NCBI GenBank assembly: GCA_020184695.1
Contig: JAANOX010000061.1
Span: 434,001-498,000 of the forward strand
Direction of reading: 5' to 3'
Source of the DNA: Histomonas meleagridis 2922-C6/04-290x
Taxonomy: Eukaryota; Protista; Parabasalia
Length of the DNA: 64,000 nt
A program made the position numbers and the translations under genes. This document shows, in pieces, positions 12,042-22,075 of this stretch (positions within the stretch are counted from its first letter, which is position 1; every line of letters starts with the position of its first letter). The notes beneath the pieces were generated by a model. That model did not search any database and had not been told where the DNA came from. It saw only the letters and a list, made by a program, of their open reading frames with translations.

Positions 12042-13376
12042 TTATGGTTGAAGTACAGGTACTGTTTCTCCTTTGAGGATTTTTGCCCACCCGATAAGTC
12101 GCCATGTCGTTTCGACTTTACGTGACAATGCAATTCTTTCTCCAACTGATGTACAAACTGGTTCCTTTAAATTGATTACAGCAAAATTATTCGCAAAACC
12201 AATGATTTGACCACCAGTAGATGTTGACCCAACATTAACCATAAGAATTTCATGGTTACTTAATGGCGCAATCTTTGTATCTGCAGGACCTTTGGCTTGA
12301 ACAACACCAAGTAATCTTTGGAAAAGTGTGAAGGAGACCGTTAACTGTATGTAAATCTCTGGAAGTGTTCCGGGGCGCCCTAAAACTTGACCGGCAAGTT
12401 TATCGGCACGGCAAAGTGATGGATCAAGGGTGGTCCCAACACCGATCAAACCACCAGGAACCGCAAATTCAAGTGAATTGTTTTCTGCTTTCAATGAAAC
12501 AATTCGACATCGACGAATTCTGCAGAATGTACCTTCTGATGTCTTCTCAAGTGTACCTGGTCTGACTTCAATTTCATCATTAAGACGAAGACAACCTTCA
12601 AGAATTGATCCACCTGCAATTCCTCCTTCAATTTGTCTGACATCTGTACCTGGTTTATTTACATCAAATGAACGAATAACAATCATACGAGGTGCAGCAC
12701 TATAATCACGCATTGGAACTGGAATTGTTTTAACAATGTGTTCAACAACATAGTCAATATTAAATCCAAGCTGAGCTGAAATTGGTATAATTGGGGCTCC
12801 TTTAGCAGCTGTAGTTGATGTGTATTTAAGAATAGCTGCATATTGATCTGTGGCATCTTCTTGACGAACAAGATCAATTTTATTTTGGAGAATAATCAAA
12901 TGTTTGAGATTCATAATTTCGACAGCAGCAAGATGTTCACTTGTTTGTGGTTGTGGGCAAGGTTCGTTTGCAGCAATTAAAAGAAGTGCAGCATCCATAA
13001 CAGCTGTACCGTTAAGCATTGTAGCCATTAAAACATCGTGACCAGGGCAATCAACGAATGAAATATGACGAATAAGTTCAACAGTTGAACCACATTTCGG
13101 ACATTTTGGATCTTTTAAAATTGCTGATGATTTTGACATATAACATTCTGGTGCAGGGCATTTTGGACATTGATAAATTTTAGCATTTGCATAACCTAAA
13201 CGAATTGTAATATTTCTTTCGAGTTCTTTCTTGGTTCGAATTGTTGTAACTCCTGATAAAGCGCGAACAACTGTAGTTTTACCGTGTGCGACATGACCAA
13301 TTGTACCTATATTAATAGTAGATTGGTTTACAATAATTTCTGGTGAAAGTGGAGAAAGTTTCGTAACATCTATCAT
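12042..13376 (-). CDS. EIF2S3: Translation initiation factor eIF2 gamma subunit
   Basis: [15 protein letters not shown], zinc-knuckle [42 protein letters not shown] are all diagnostic. The exact start is uncertain (see findings). Confidence 0.97.
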   Translation of the reverse strand: MIDVTKLSPLSPEIIVNQSTINIGTIGHVAHGKTTVVRALSGVTTIRTKKELERNITIRLGYANAKIYQCPKCPAPECYMSKSSAILKDPKCPKCGSTVELIRHISFVDCPGHDVLMATMLNGTAVMDAALLLIAANEPCPQPQTSEHLAAVEIMNLKHLIILQNKIDLVRQEDATDQYAAILKYTSTTAAKGAPIIPISAQLGFNIDYVVEHIVKTIPVPMRDYSAAPRMIVIRSFDVNKPGTDVRQIEGGIAGGSILEGCLRLNDEIEVRPGTLEKTSEGTFCRIRRCRIVSLKAENNSLEFAVPGGLIGVGTTLDPSLCRADKLAGQVLGRPGTLPEIYIQLTVSFTLFQRLLGVVQAKGPADTKIAPLSNHEILMVNVGSTSTGGQIIGFANNFAVINLKEPVCTSVGERIALSRKVETTWRLIGWAKILKGETVPVLQP

Positions 13377-13933
13377 GGCCAAATGTCAGAGCCTCCAAAT
13401 CAACTTTTGTTTATTTTCGATGCCATTTTGATCCCACTTAAATTCAAAGAAAAAAAATTCATCATGAAATAATTCCAAACGGTTTCCAATCCAAACACTG
13501 CAGTGTGTATTATATGATACATCAGATAAAAAATGATTTTTTTTTTATATTTAGATGAAAGGTACTGTAGCTACTCTATCTATCTTTTAGATAATATTTT
13601 TTTACCAATTTTATCACTTAAAGTAGTTTTGCGAATTTTCATCGTCTCCAAAATTAGTATAACTTCAGACGTTTTCTAAAATGATTAAGGATTTCAAGAA
13701 GTGCAGTCAAAATAAATTTCACGATGGATATTTCTCGAAACTTCTACAATAGATAGGAATATATCTATGAACACTATTTTTGAGATTTCATAAATATCTC
13801 ACAAAGAATTAATTTACGTTCACCTTCAAATCGGTTATTACCAAATGACTTAAGCTTAACTCATATCAAAATTAATCCATTTATTTTTTTATTGTGTTCA
13901 GCACATTCATAGTCTCTATGACATTTCTGTTTC

Positions 13934-15133
13934 TTACTTTGGTTCGTAAAACAAGAAAAGTGCCGCTGTTGATACCACTGCCACCACTTCCTCCGTTGGA
14001 TGTGCCTCGCAAACAGTTACTCTCTTATTGAAGTCACTTCCAACCTCGGGCGGGAGCCTTGGCATTCTTGCACTGACCGCCTTATGTTGCGACGTCTTTT
14101 GGTTCTTCCAATCCCATGTCATGAAGTCAGCAGAGTAACATCCGGTTACAACTTTACCCTTCGGCGTGAATGTCGTCCGGAATTGGTCTTTAACATAGTC
14201 GTCCTCAATGAGCCAGTTCATTTTGTTGGGGAACCATTGCACATCAAGTTTTGCCGCTGGAGACGATACGTTTCGGACGTCCCAAATTTGGACATCACCA
14301 AACCTACGAACGGCGAAGTAATTACCTTCGTGTGAAAAGGCAATGCTGCCAACGCATTCACAACCATCAAGTTGCATATGTTGACTTGAATAATTATGAG
14401 TATCAATATCAAAAATTGGTGTGAGATCTTCGGCTTGTTGGCGGATATCAAAAAGCTTACAGAAGCCAAAATCATCGCCAACTATAAATGTCGACGGATT
14501 GCGTGGATCAACTCCTGACGTGGTAATCTCGGGATCTTGTTGCGAAACTTTGCAGAGACAGACTGAACTGACTTGACGTTCAATATCCCAAAGTTTGACA
14601 CAGGATATATCAACCATTAAAAATGATTTTTGATCTGATAATGTTTGTAAATCAACAATATACTCTATTTGTGTATCAAAGAATGTACGGATACATTCGG
14701 TGCTATATTTGTTGTCGACTTGACGTGGAGTTGGAAAAACAAATGTATCAAATTCTTGTGATTCATCAAAATCATTCCAAGAAATACGTGTGTCGGTAAT
14801 AAATCGCCAAAGCTTTGCATCGTGGCTATTACATGATAGTAAAAGATGGTTCATTGTTTGACATGGAATCCATTTGAGAGAATTAACTTTCATTTCACTT
14901 AATTCACTTCTGAAGTAATCAAATTCGGCTTTATGAGCATGTGTTTGAGTTGCAAATGAAACAGTTGGTTTGTGTCCTTGTCCTATTTTGAAAAAAACTA
15001 CTCTTCCAGCATTATCACCAGACGCAAGAAATTGACCATCACTACTGAATGCAAGGGTTGAAATGGTGTCATCAGGTTTAAATTGGCTAAGTGATACATG
15101 GTCTCCAAACGCAGTTAGAAATTGAAGATTCAT
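13934..15133 (-). CDS. PP2A regulatory subunit B (B55/PR55 family, WD40)
   Basis: DTISTLAFSSDGQFLASGDNAGRVVFF, AEFDYFRSELSEMKVNSLKW, LLSCNSHDAKLW and a C-terminal EAHPTEEVVAVVSTAALFLF match the B55 pattern. Confidence 0.9.
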   Translation of the reverse strand: MNLQFLTAFGDHVSLSQFKPDDTISTLAFSSDGQFLASGDNAGRVVFFKIGQGHKPTVSFATQTHAHKAEFDYFRSELSEMKVNSLKWIPCQTMNHLLLSCNSHDAKLWRFITDTRISWNDFDESQEFDTFVFPTPRQVDNKYSTECIRTFFDTQIEYIVDLQTLSDQKSFLMVDISCVKLWDIERQVSSVCLCKVSQQDPEITTSGVDPRNPSTFIVGDDFGFCKLFDIRQQAEDLTPIFDIDTHNYSSQHMQLDGCECVGSIAFSHEGNYFAVRRFGDVQIWDVRNVSSPAAKLDVQWFPNKMNWLIEDDYVKDQFRTTFTPKGKVVTGCYSADFMTWDWKNQKTSQHKAVSARMPRLPPEVGSDFNKRVTVCEAHPTEEVVAVVSTAALFLFYEPK

Positions 15134-15711
15134 TTTTTTGTGAATTACCCCCTTTAAATTTTACCCATTTTCAGTGCTTTATTTGTGAAATAATGAATGT
15201 CACTTTTATTAAACAGCGTGACAAGTGTATTTTAACGGATGACAAATAATTAAAAGGTCTTCTACATAAAATTTTATAGTTCTCCCATTATTTTTATTCA
15301 TTCATGAGCTAAACATAAAATACATATAGAAAATTGTCGCATTATATTTTTATATATTATAAAAAATTTAATTAATTTATTATTTATAACAAGCTATTAT
15401 TTTCTTTAACTTTTATGCTCAATAACTAATACAACTATATATATAATTAAACATAATATTATTTTTAAATTAGTCCAAAAGTAATGTTAATAATGATTGT
15501 AAAAAAATGAACAAGTTCTTAAAATCTGAACTCATAAAAATATTTATATAGTTTGAATACCTTAAGATATGTATGTATGCTTTATCTATTTTTACAATAG
15601 AAAGGAAGTTGAGTGTTTTTATTTTTGGCGGGATTTTGTGGAAGGTTAAACGTGCTATCGAAAATTTCTGGCCAGATAACTCCAAAAGTATTATTATAGA
15701 ATTAAATTTGG

Positions 15712-16053
15712 ATGAGCGATTTTACAGGATATGAATTTAAGGTACCATATCAACCAAAGTTTGAACCACATGTCAAACCAGAAAAAGAGCAACCTTCAAA
15801 ACTGGATATATCTTTAGAAGAACTTGTAATACAAGAAAAGAAAGGTGGGATTATTGATGATCCAAATTCAGTAACTGCAGATGATTTCAAACCAAAGAAA
15901 AAGAATAGATCTGATAGTCGTTCAGGTAAAGAAACCAAATATGTACAAATTCACATTCCTCGTGAAGCACTTGAAGATCTATGCAAATCTCTAGAGTTAG
16001 ATACCAATGGGTATTATGTTAAGATGGAAGCAGTTCTTAAGCGTAGGAAATAA
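15712..16053 (+). CDS. Small basic hypothetical protein (113 aa)
   Basis: ATG-started ORF with coding-like composition, flanked by AT-rich spacers. Confidence 0.7.
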   Translation: MSDFTGYEFKVPYQPKFEPHVKPEKEQPSKLDISLEELVIQEKKGGIIDDPNSVTADDFKPKKKNRSDSRSGKETKYVQIHIPREALEDLCKSLELDTNGYYVKMEAVLKRRK

Positions 16054-16335
16054 TTTGAATAAACTTTTTATATTTCATTTCAATGAATCAAAATTGCTTC
16101 TACATTCTTTTTAGTGGAAACCATTATGGTTTTATTTATTTTTTATATTCCTATTAAGATGTTTCTTCATTAAAATTTAAAGAATCGATCGAACGATTTA
16201 TAATTTAGATAAAAGAAACTAATTTCTAAACGCCCAAAAAGTTTTGGTATCGAATTGTAAGTAAACTTTACATTAGAGCTCAAAAAGAAAAGTAAATTTG
16301 TAAATTTATTATTTTTTTTTAGATATTACAAATAT

Positions 16336-17652
16336 TTATGACAGAAATTCAGTCAGTTCGCAAACGTTATTCATCAGCGCAACAGATAACCTTTCGCAGT
16401 TTTCACTTAATCCGGTATTGAGTATCCCTTCCAATGTCAAGGCCAATTCGCATTCAGCAAATTGCGTGGCGATTTCCGTTGTGAGCTTTCCGCCTTTGGC
16501 ATAAAATGCCAAATAAAACAAAGAGTTCACAAGAAGAATAAATAAATCATCATTTGGCACACAAAGGAAATCGATCAGAATTGTCACATAGCCTTTGGAC
16601 AACAAATTCTCCATATTGACTTTAGCTAAATTTGCAAGTGTTTCAATTGCAATTTCCTTTAATGAAAATGAAGAATTTTGGAAAACACCAAGTAAAAAGT
16701 CATCAATATGATACTTAAGTGATAACTCTGCTTGAGCAGTATCATATTTAAACACTGAATTGATCATAGAACAGAAAGATATCCATGTTTCATCTTCATG
16801 TTCGAATTTGACAAACTGACTAAACGCTCCCCATGAAAAATATGCTAAAGTCTCTTGTTCATGTGTTTCAAACAAATAAGAAATCAGTTTAAAAGCCGAA
16901 TACGCTTTTTCTTCTGAATCAAAAGTGCTCAATTGAAAAAGTAAGAAGCCGTTTATATCGTTGTCATAACCGTTTTTGAGAGCGGTTATAAATAATTCAA
17001 ACGTAAAATGACTTTGTTCGTCAATTACATCCATACGGTATCTTAAGAATTCAGCCAATGGTTGACACCGAACTTCAGAAGTGATGATAAAGCTAAATAT
17101 TTTACATATTTGATATTGATGAGAAATAGGAAGACTATCAAACATATTTAAGAGATGATCAACAAATCCAACTTCTACAAGAGAATGACAACCTTCCAAA
17201 TTGTCATCAAGAAGATAGCAAAAGAAGTTAAGAATGTTTTCATCAATTCTACCATTGTTAAATTGTAATAATTTATGCATGAAATCAGCTGATGAAAGAA
17301 TTGTCAGATCAACTTCTGGCGAAATGATAACGTTAGAAATAAGCATCAAAATTGTATTATATAATGAATAACAATTTTCTTCAAAAAGAATCGATATTAA
17401 TAATTCCAAAACATTTTTTTCATTAATCATACTACAAGGGAGATCATGATTATCTGACAACCAAAGTAACTGTGAAAGTAATTTTTCTATTTCATTTTGA
17501 ATTTTATTTAAAAAACATTGTTGAAGATTTGAAATGCATAACAAAAACTGATTTTCCACATTTGAAACTTCATATTCATTATCACCTTTTGCTGGTGTGA
17601 TTAGTTTTCTCGAGTTTCTTCTGTTTGGAAGAGCTTTGTAACTTGTTTTCAT
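16336..17652 (-). CDS. ARM-repeat (importin-alpha-like fold) hypothetical protein
   Basis: 438-aa ORF with a basic N-terminus (NRRNSRKL) and leucine-rich helical repeats (EIAIETLANLA, KGYVTILIDFL). Confidence 0.7.
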   Translation of the reverse strand: MKTSYKALPNRRNSRKLITPAKGDNEYEVSNVENQFLLCISNLQQCFLNKIQNEIEKLLSQLLWLSDNHDLPCSMINEKNVLELLISILFEENCYSLYNTILMLISNVIISPEVDLTILSSADFMHKLLQFNNGRIDENILNFFCYLLDDNLEGCHSLVEVGFVDHLLNMFDSLPISHQYQICKIFSFIITSEVRCQPLAEFLRYRMDVIDEQSHFTFELFITALKNGYDNDINGFLLFQLSTFDSEEKAYSAFKLISYLFETHEQETLAYFSWGAFSQFVKFEHEDETWISFCSMINSVFKYDTAQAELSLKYHIDDFLLGVFQNSSFSLKEIAIETLANLAKVNMENLLSKGYVTILIDFLCVPNDDLFILLVNSLFYLAFYAKGGKLTTEIATQFAECELALTLEGILNTGLSENCERLSVALMNNVCELTEFLS

Positions 17653-17731
17653 CGAGGAAGGAAATCTACTTCACTCATTCGGAATAAAGTTATCAAAAAC
17701 AAAAGTGTCACATAAACAAATAAACGTTTTT

Positions 17732-18334
17732 TTATGCATTACTCTTCAGTGAGGCTACATCAAATTCGAGAAAATCGAGGATATTTGGAGCTCCCTTCAC
17801 AATGTTAAAGAAATCTTCTTTCGACAATTCGCCTTTTCCAGATGTATCAAATTCATCGAACAAATCATCAACAAGTTTTAGCAGTTGTTCATTATCCATG
17901 TGCATAAGCGTGTTACCTTCAAGTGACATTTCAATGATTAATTGAACTTCATCTTTTGATATTGTTCCACCACCATCTTCATCGTAAGCCCTGAAACATA
18001 AATCAGATTTAACATCAATTGGTGCATCTGGTAAGAAGAAGTTAAGTCCCATGACAAATTCTTCAAAACTAATTGTTCCATTTCCATCTTCATCAAGTAA
18101 CTTATACATTAATTTTCCAACTCTTTCGTTTCCAATCCTCAATTTCTTGATAAATTCATCTTCATTAATGGAACCTTCTCCATTTAGATTATTTGTTCCT
18201 GCTAAATCACGATAAACATCCATTAACTGAATAACTTCTTGAGGTTTAAAAAGAACACCTTTTTTCTCAAGTTTTTTCAAAATAGCAGTATTAGAATCTA
18301 ATTCGTCTTCGACAGTAGATTCTTCACTTCCCAT
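17732..18334 (-). CDS. Calcineurin B-like / NCS-type EF-hand calcium-binding protein
   Basis: Myristoylation-type start MGSEES at 18334. EF loops DEDGNGTISFEEF, DEDGGGTISKDEV and DTSGKGELSKEDF. Confidence 0.9.
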   Translation of the reverse strand: MGSEESTVEDELDSNTAILKKLEKKGVLFKPQEVIQLMDVYRDLAGTNNLNGEGSINEDEFIKKLRIGNERVGKLMYKLLDEDGNGTISFEEFVMGLNFFLPDAPIDVKSDLCFRAYDEDGGGTISKDEVQLIIEMSLEGNTLMHMDNEQLLKLVDDLFDEFDTSGKGELSKEDFFNIVKGAPNILDFLEFDVASLKSNA

Positions 18335-18920
18335 CCGCAAATTTGAAACCGATATTTGAATGCGAATGGTATTCAAATCCACTTTTTGCAAAGAACCTAT
18401 TCAGAGGCATTTGATCACGTTTACGGTTTGCGGCTCGAAATTTGCCGACAAAGACAAATTTAAACCGGAAATTTCGAAGTAAAATAATAAAATTTAAACA
18501 TTTATTGATCTGATGATAATAAGTTTGTGCTTTTGGTTAATAATTTTCAGAATCTCGCAAACTTACAACGTCTAAATAAATTTAAATCTTTCAAAATTGA
18601 TTTTTAAATCGAGCAAAGGTGAGGTGATTCAATATAAAACGGTTGATTTCTATTGATTATGATCACTAAATAATCGTTTCTCACAGAAATACCCGATACC
18701 TTATTTTATGCACATAAACGAATTTGTATTTTAAATTTCAATCATGCCATTTCATGAAAATCAAATTTGTTTGTTTTATATAAGTTGTTTATTACAAGAA
18801 TGATTACTTGGTCTTTTAATATTGATCCGCCTTCTCTGGGGTGCTCCGAATAAACTTATCAAAATTTAATAAACCGAAAATTTTAAATGATGACCGTTAA
18901 AATACTTTGGTGTTTTGTGC

Positions 18921-21362
18921 ATGAGCGATTTTGTTCGTGTTTTCCATATGCAAAATACCAACCAGTTTCAAACATTTTTGAAGGTGAAAATTAAATCCTT
19001 TTTTGTTAGTGTTGCTATTGATACAGAATTTGATATTTTTAAATATTTTGGGTTAGATTTACCACCTTCACTGATAGAGGAATGGGAATTTGACACGCCT
19101 TTACCTTTAAAATGTAAAGTTGAGTGTGTTTTAATTTCAAATAATAGACCAATTATTTATCCTGTTTCTCTTTCATCCAAACAATATACTTTATCAACTG
19201 CCTCGCTTGAAGATATTTCTATATCACAATATGTTATGCGGCATATTTATTCTTTTGATTGGGAACAACCAATTGAAATTCCAATTTTGTATTCAGAATT
19301 ACCAAATGATTCGATAATTTCTTTTAACTTTTATGCAAAGCTACCTGAATCCAAACCAAAACTGATTGGTTCTACTTCTGTTCGTCTATTCACTCATAAG
19401 AATAATATATTTCGGACTGGTGAATTTCTTCTAACTTTTGATGAAGCAATGCCTGTAACCAAATTTCAAAAACATTTAAGGAAGTTATCCACCGACAGAA
19501 TCCCATTTTATGATTTTATTGATCCCCAATTAATCACTTTATCAGAAACACTTCATCCCAAAGATGTCGAAACATTGCTTAGTTCACTTCTTAATCCATC
19601 TTCCTCCTATAAGCTCTCTAATATTTCACAATTTGTCACAATTGAAATTCCATCACCATCAAATAAACCCGTAATTATTGTTCAAAAGGACCTCGAATTT
19701 GAAGGAACCGCTTTAGACTTATCCAACAACCCATGCCAACACCTCTACCACGAGCTGGCGCACGCGCAGGGGCCGGGAAAGAACTCATTGCTGAAGGACG
19801 TTAACATCACTGAGACATTTAATGCGATAAAAGCTCTTCCTCCTCTTGCGGAATTACTTCCTCAACAAAGGAGCTTCTTGTATATACATTACGGACATTG
19901 TTTTTCGGATCCTGCTTTGATTCCAGCCTTACTTCGTTCAGTTAATTGGGATGAGATAGAAGAATCTAAAAAGATTACTGAACAACTTAAGGACTGTCAA
20001 CCTCTTGAGATAGAATATGCACTTGAATTCTTCACCCCAAGATATGAACAACAACCGATTCGAGAATTCGCTGTTCGTTGTATTTCTGTTATTCCGAGAT
20101 CAGAACTTATTTTGTATATCCCTCAATTGTTGCAAGCAATTAAAGCTAAGTATACCGATGGATTGTCGACAATTCTGATTCGACACGCGTCAGAAGACAT
20201 CACTTTTGCGTCGACCGTTTACTGGAATGCCAAAATTGAATCAAACGAAAGTGAAGAGATTAACACTTTTTTATCGGAGCTGATGAAAACCGTTCCAACC
20301 GAAATCCGACTTTCGCTTGAAGATCAAAATTGGCTTGTACAAAATATATTTGATTTCCTTACAGCAGCACAAAAGAACAATAGAACTCCTCATGCGGTGC
20401 GTAACAAAGCTATAGAGCTGCTTACAACAGAAACATCGTTTTCCACAAATCTAATACACTTTAAGAAAATTAGACTCCCTTTAGACCCTACTAAAGTTGC
20501 TGTAGGTATTGACCCAAACGATGTAAAGGTTTTCCAATCCAAACTTAAGCCCGTTATGCTTACATTTATTCTTGATAATGGTTCACGTTATAGAGTTATA
20601 TTTAAGATTGGTGATGACATGCGCCAAGATCAACTTATTATCCAACTCTTTAAAGTTATGGGTCATATTTTTGAGCTTGCTTCATTACCATTACCAATTA
20701 CAGCTTATTCCACTTTAGCCTTTTCTCCATCATTTGGGTGTTGTGAATTCATTGAGAACTCACGAGCGATTCGAGATATAAAAGATACCAAAAATGGGCC
20801 AACCACAATACGAGGCTTTTTAGAAGAAGGGGATGGACCCATTGAGCCCAAGATTGAAATATTCACCAAATCGCTTGCAGCATATTGTGTCATGACATAT
20901 GTTTTAAAGATTGGAGATCGACATGATAATAATATCCTTGTCACACGCGATGGCCGTCTTTTACATATTGATTATGGGTATATTCTTGGTGATGTAACCA
21001 AGCCATTCACGCCTCCATTAAAGTTGTCCAACGAAATGATTGACACCATCGGTGAAAACGGTTTGGAGCGGGTCTGTTCTTGGGCCGGCCCGGCATTCAA
21101 TAGTTTACGCAAAAGAGCACGTTTAATATTAGTTTTGATTGAGTTGATGTTTACTGCACCTTTACAATGTTTTAAGCAAAATCCAATGAGGAGATTGCAA
21201 CAAGTCGAAAATACTTTGCTTATGAATTGTACTGAGATTGAGGCAATTAATTCTTTGTTAGCTGTGTTCTCGGAATCATTAAACTCGAAAATGCAAGTGC
21301 TATGGGATGCTGTGCATGTTATGGCATTGGGTACAACGACATCTGCAACAGGAAATGATTAG
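18921..21362 (+). CDS. VPS34: Class III phosphatidylinositol 3-kinase
   Basis: C2 region, helical domain (LYIPQLLQAIK), FKIGDDMRQDQLIIQ, YVLKIGDRHDNN, LLHIDYGYILG. Confidence 0.93.
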   Translation: MSDFVRVFHMQNTNQFQTFLKVKIKSFFVSVAIDTEFDIFKYFGLDLPPSLIEEWEFDTPLPLKCKVECVLISNNRPIIYPVSLSSKQYTLSTASLEDISISQYVMRHIYSFDWEQPIEIPILYSELPNDSIISFNFYAKLPESKPKLIGSTSVRLFTHKNNIFRTGEFLLTFDEAMPVTKFQKHLRKLSTDRIPFYDFIDPQLITLSETLHPKDVETLLSSLLNPSSSYKLSNISQFVTIEIPSPSNKPVIIVQKDLEFEGTALDLSNNPCQHLYHELAHAQGPGKNSLLKDVNITETFNAIKALPPLAELLPQQRSFLYIHYGHCFSDPALIPALLRSVNWDEIEESKKITEQLKDCQPLEIEYALEFFTPRYEQQPIREFAVRCISVIPRSELILYIPQLLQAIKAKYTDGLSTILIRHASEDITFASTVYWNAKIESNESEEINTFLSELMKTVPTEIRLSLEDQNWLVQNIFDFLTAAQKNNRTPHAVRNKAIELLTTETSFSTNLIHFKKIRLPLDPTKVAVGIDPNDVKVFQSKLKPVMLTFILDNGSRYRVIFKIGDDMRQDQLIIQLFKVMGHIFELASLPLPITAYSTLAFSPSFGCCEFIENSRAIRDIKDTKNGPTTIRGFLEEGDGPIEPKIEIFTKSLAAYCVMTYVLKIGDRHDNNILVTRDGRLLHIDYGYILGDVTKPFTPPLKLSNEMIDTIGENGLERVCSWAGPAFNSLRKRARLILVLIELMFTAPLQCFKQNPMRRLQQVENTLLMNCTEIEAINSLLAVFSESLNSKMQVLWDAVHVMALGTTTSATGND

Positions 21363-21679
21363 AAATTATTTTGTTTGTAAAATATTGTTTTTATACATTT
21401 GTAATTATGTAATTAACTTGTTTAAATGTGAAAATATAATAATGAATAATGAGTTTTTATCACATATTATAATTTTAATGAATTATTTTCTGAATTTAAA
21501 GAAACAAAATCAAATATTACATTTTATAGTATATACAAAAGATCAATTAACAAATTTCATCTAATGAAGAAATTGTAATTACTTTTCGATTGATTCATAT
21601 GGTAATATACAAATAATTCAATTTCCAAAGATCACTCCAAAAAGGCAATTACGATTCTATTAACCATTATTAAATGGAT

Positions 21680-22075
21680 TTATTTTATCCTCCAATAATT
21701 TGGTTGATCATTGAATGGATTTGTTACACTCAAAATATTTGATTGATCATTGTATTGGTCTATAGAACCCCAAATATTTGATTGAGAGTTAGACGAATTT
21801 GTTGAACCCCAAATATTTGATTGAGAGTTAGACGAATTTGTTGAACCCCAATCATTTGGTTGGAAATTAAGTGAATCTGTTGAACCCCAACCATTTGGTT
21901 GGAAATTAAGTGAATCTGTTGAACCCCAATCATTTGGTTGGAAATTAAGTGAATCTGTTGAACCCCAACCATTTGATTGGGAATTTGTTGCACACCAATA
22001 ATTGCCTGAAGATATATCAATACCTTCTTTTAGGATGAGGGCTATTTTAGCATTAAAATTTTTATATGCATACAT
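21680..22075 (-). CDS. Last ankyrin core plus a WG-repeat tail; the probable 3' end of the DUF3447-ankyrin gene
   Basis: The frame extends upstream of the ATG as YKTALMYAYKNFNAKIALILKEGIDI (ankyrin core), followed by six WGS-containing 13-aa repeats and a stop at 21680. Confidence 0.6.
   Translation of the reverse strand: MYAYKNFNAKIALILKEGIDISSGNYWCATNSQSNGWGSTDSLNFQPNDWGSTDSLNFQPNGWGSTDSLNFQPNDWGSTNSSNSQSNIWGSTNSSNSQSNIWGSIDQYNDQSNILSVTNPFNDQPNYWRIK
21765..21995 (-). repeat. 39-nt tandem repeat, about 6 copies, encoding (x)WGST(D/N)S(L/S)N(F/S)Q(P/S)N
   Basis: On the + strand, gaaccccaa...gtt units recur every 39 nt in two sub-variants. Confidence 0.9.
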
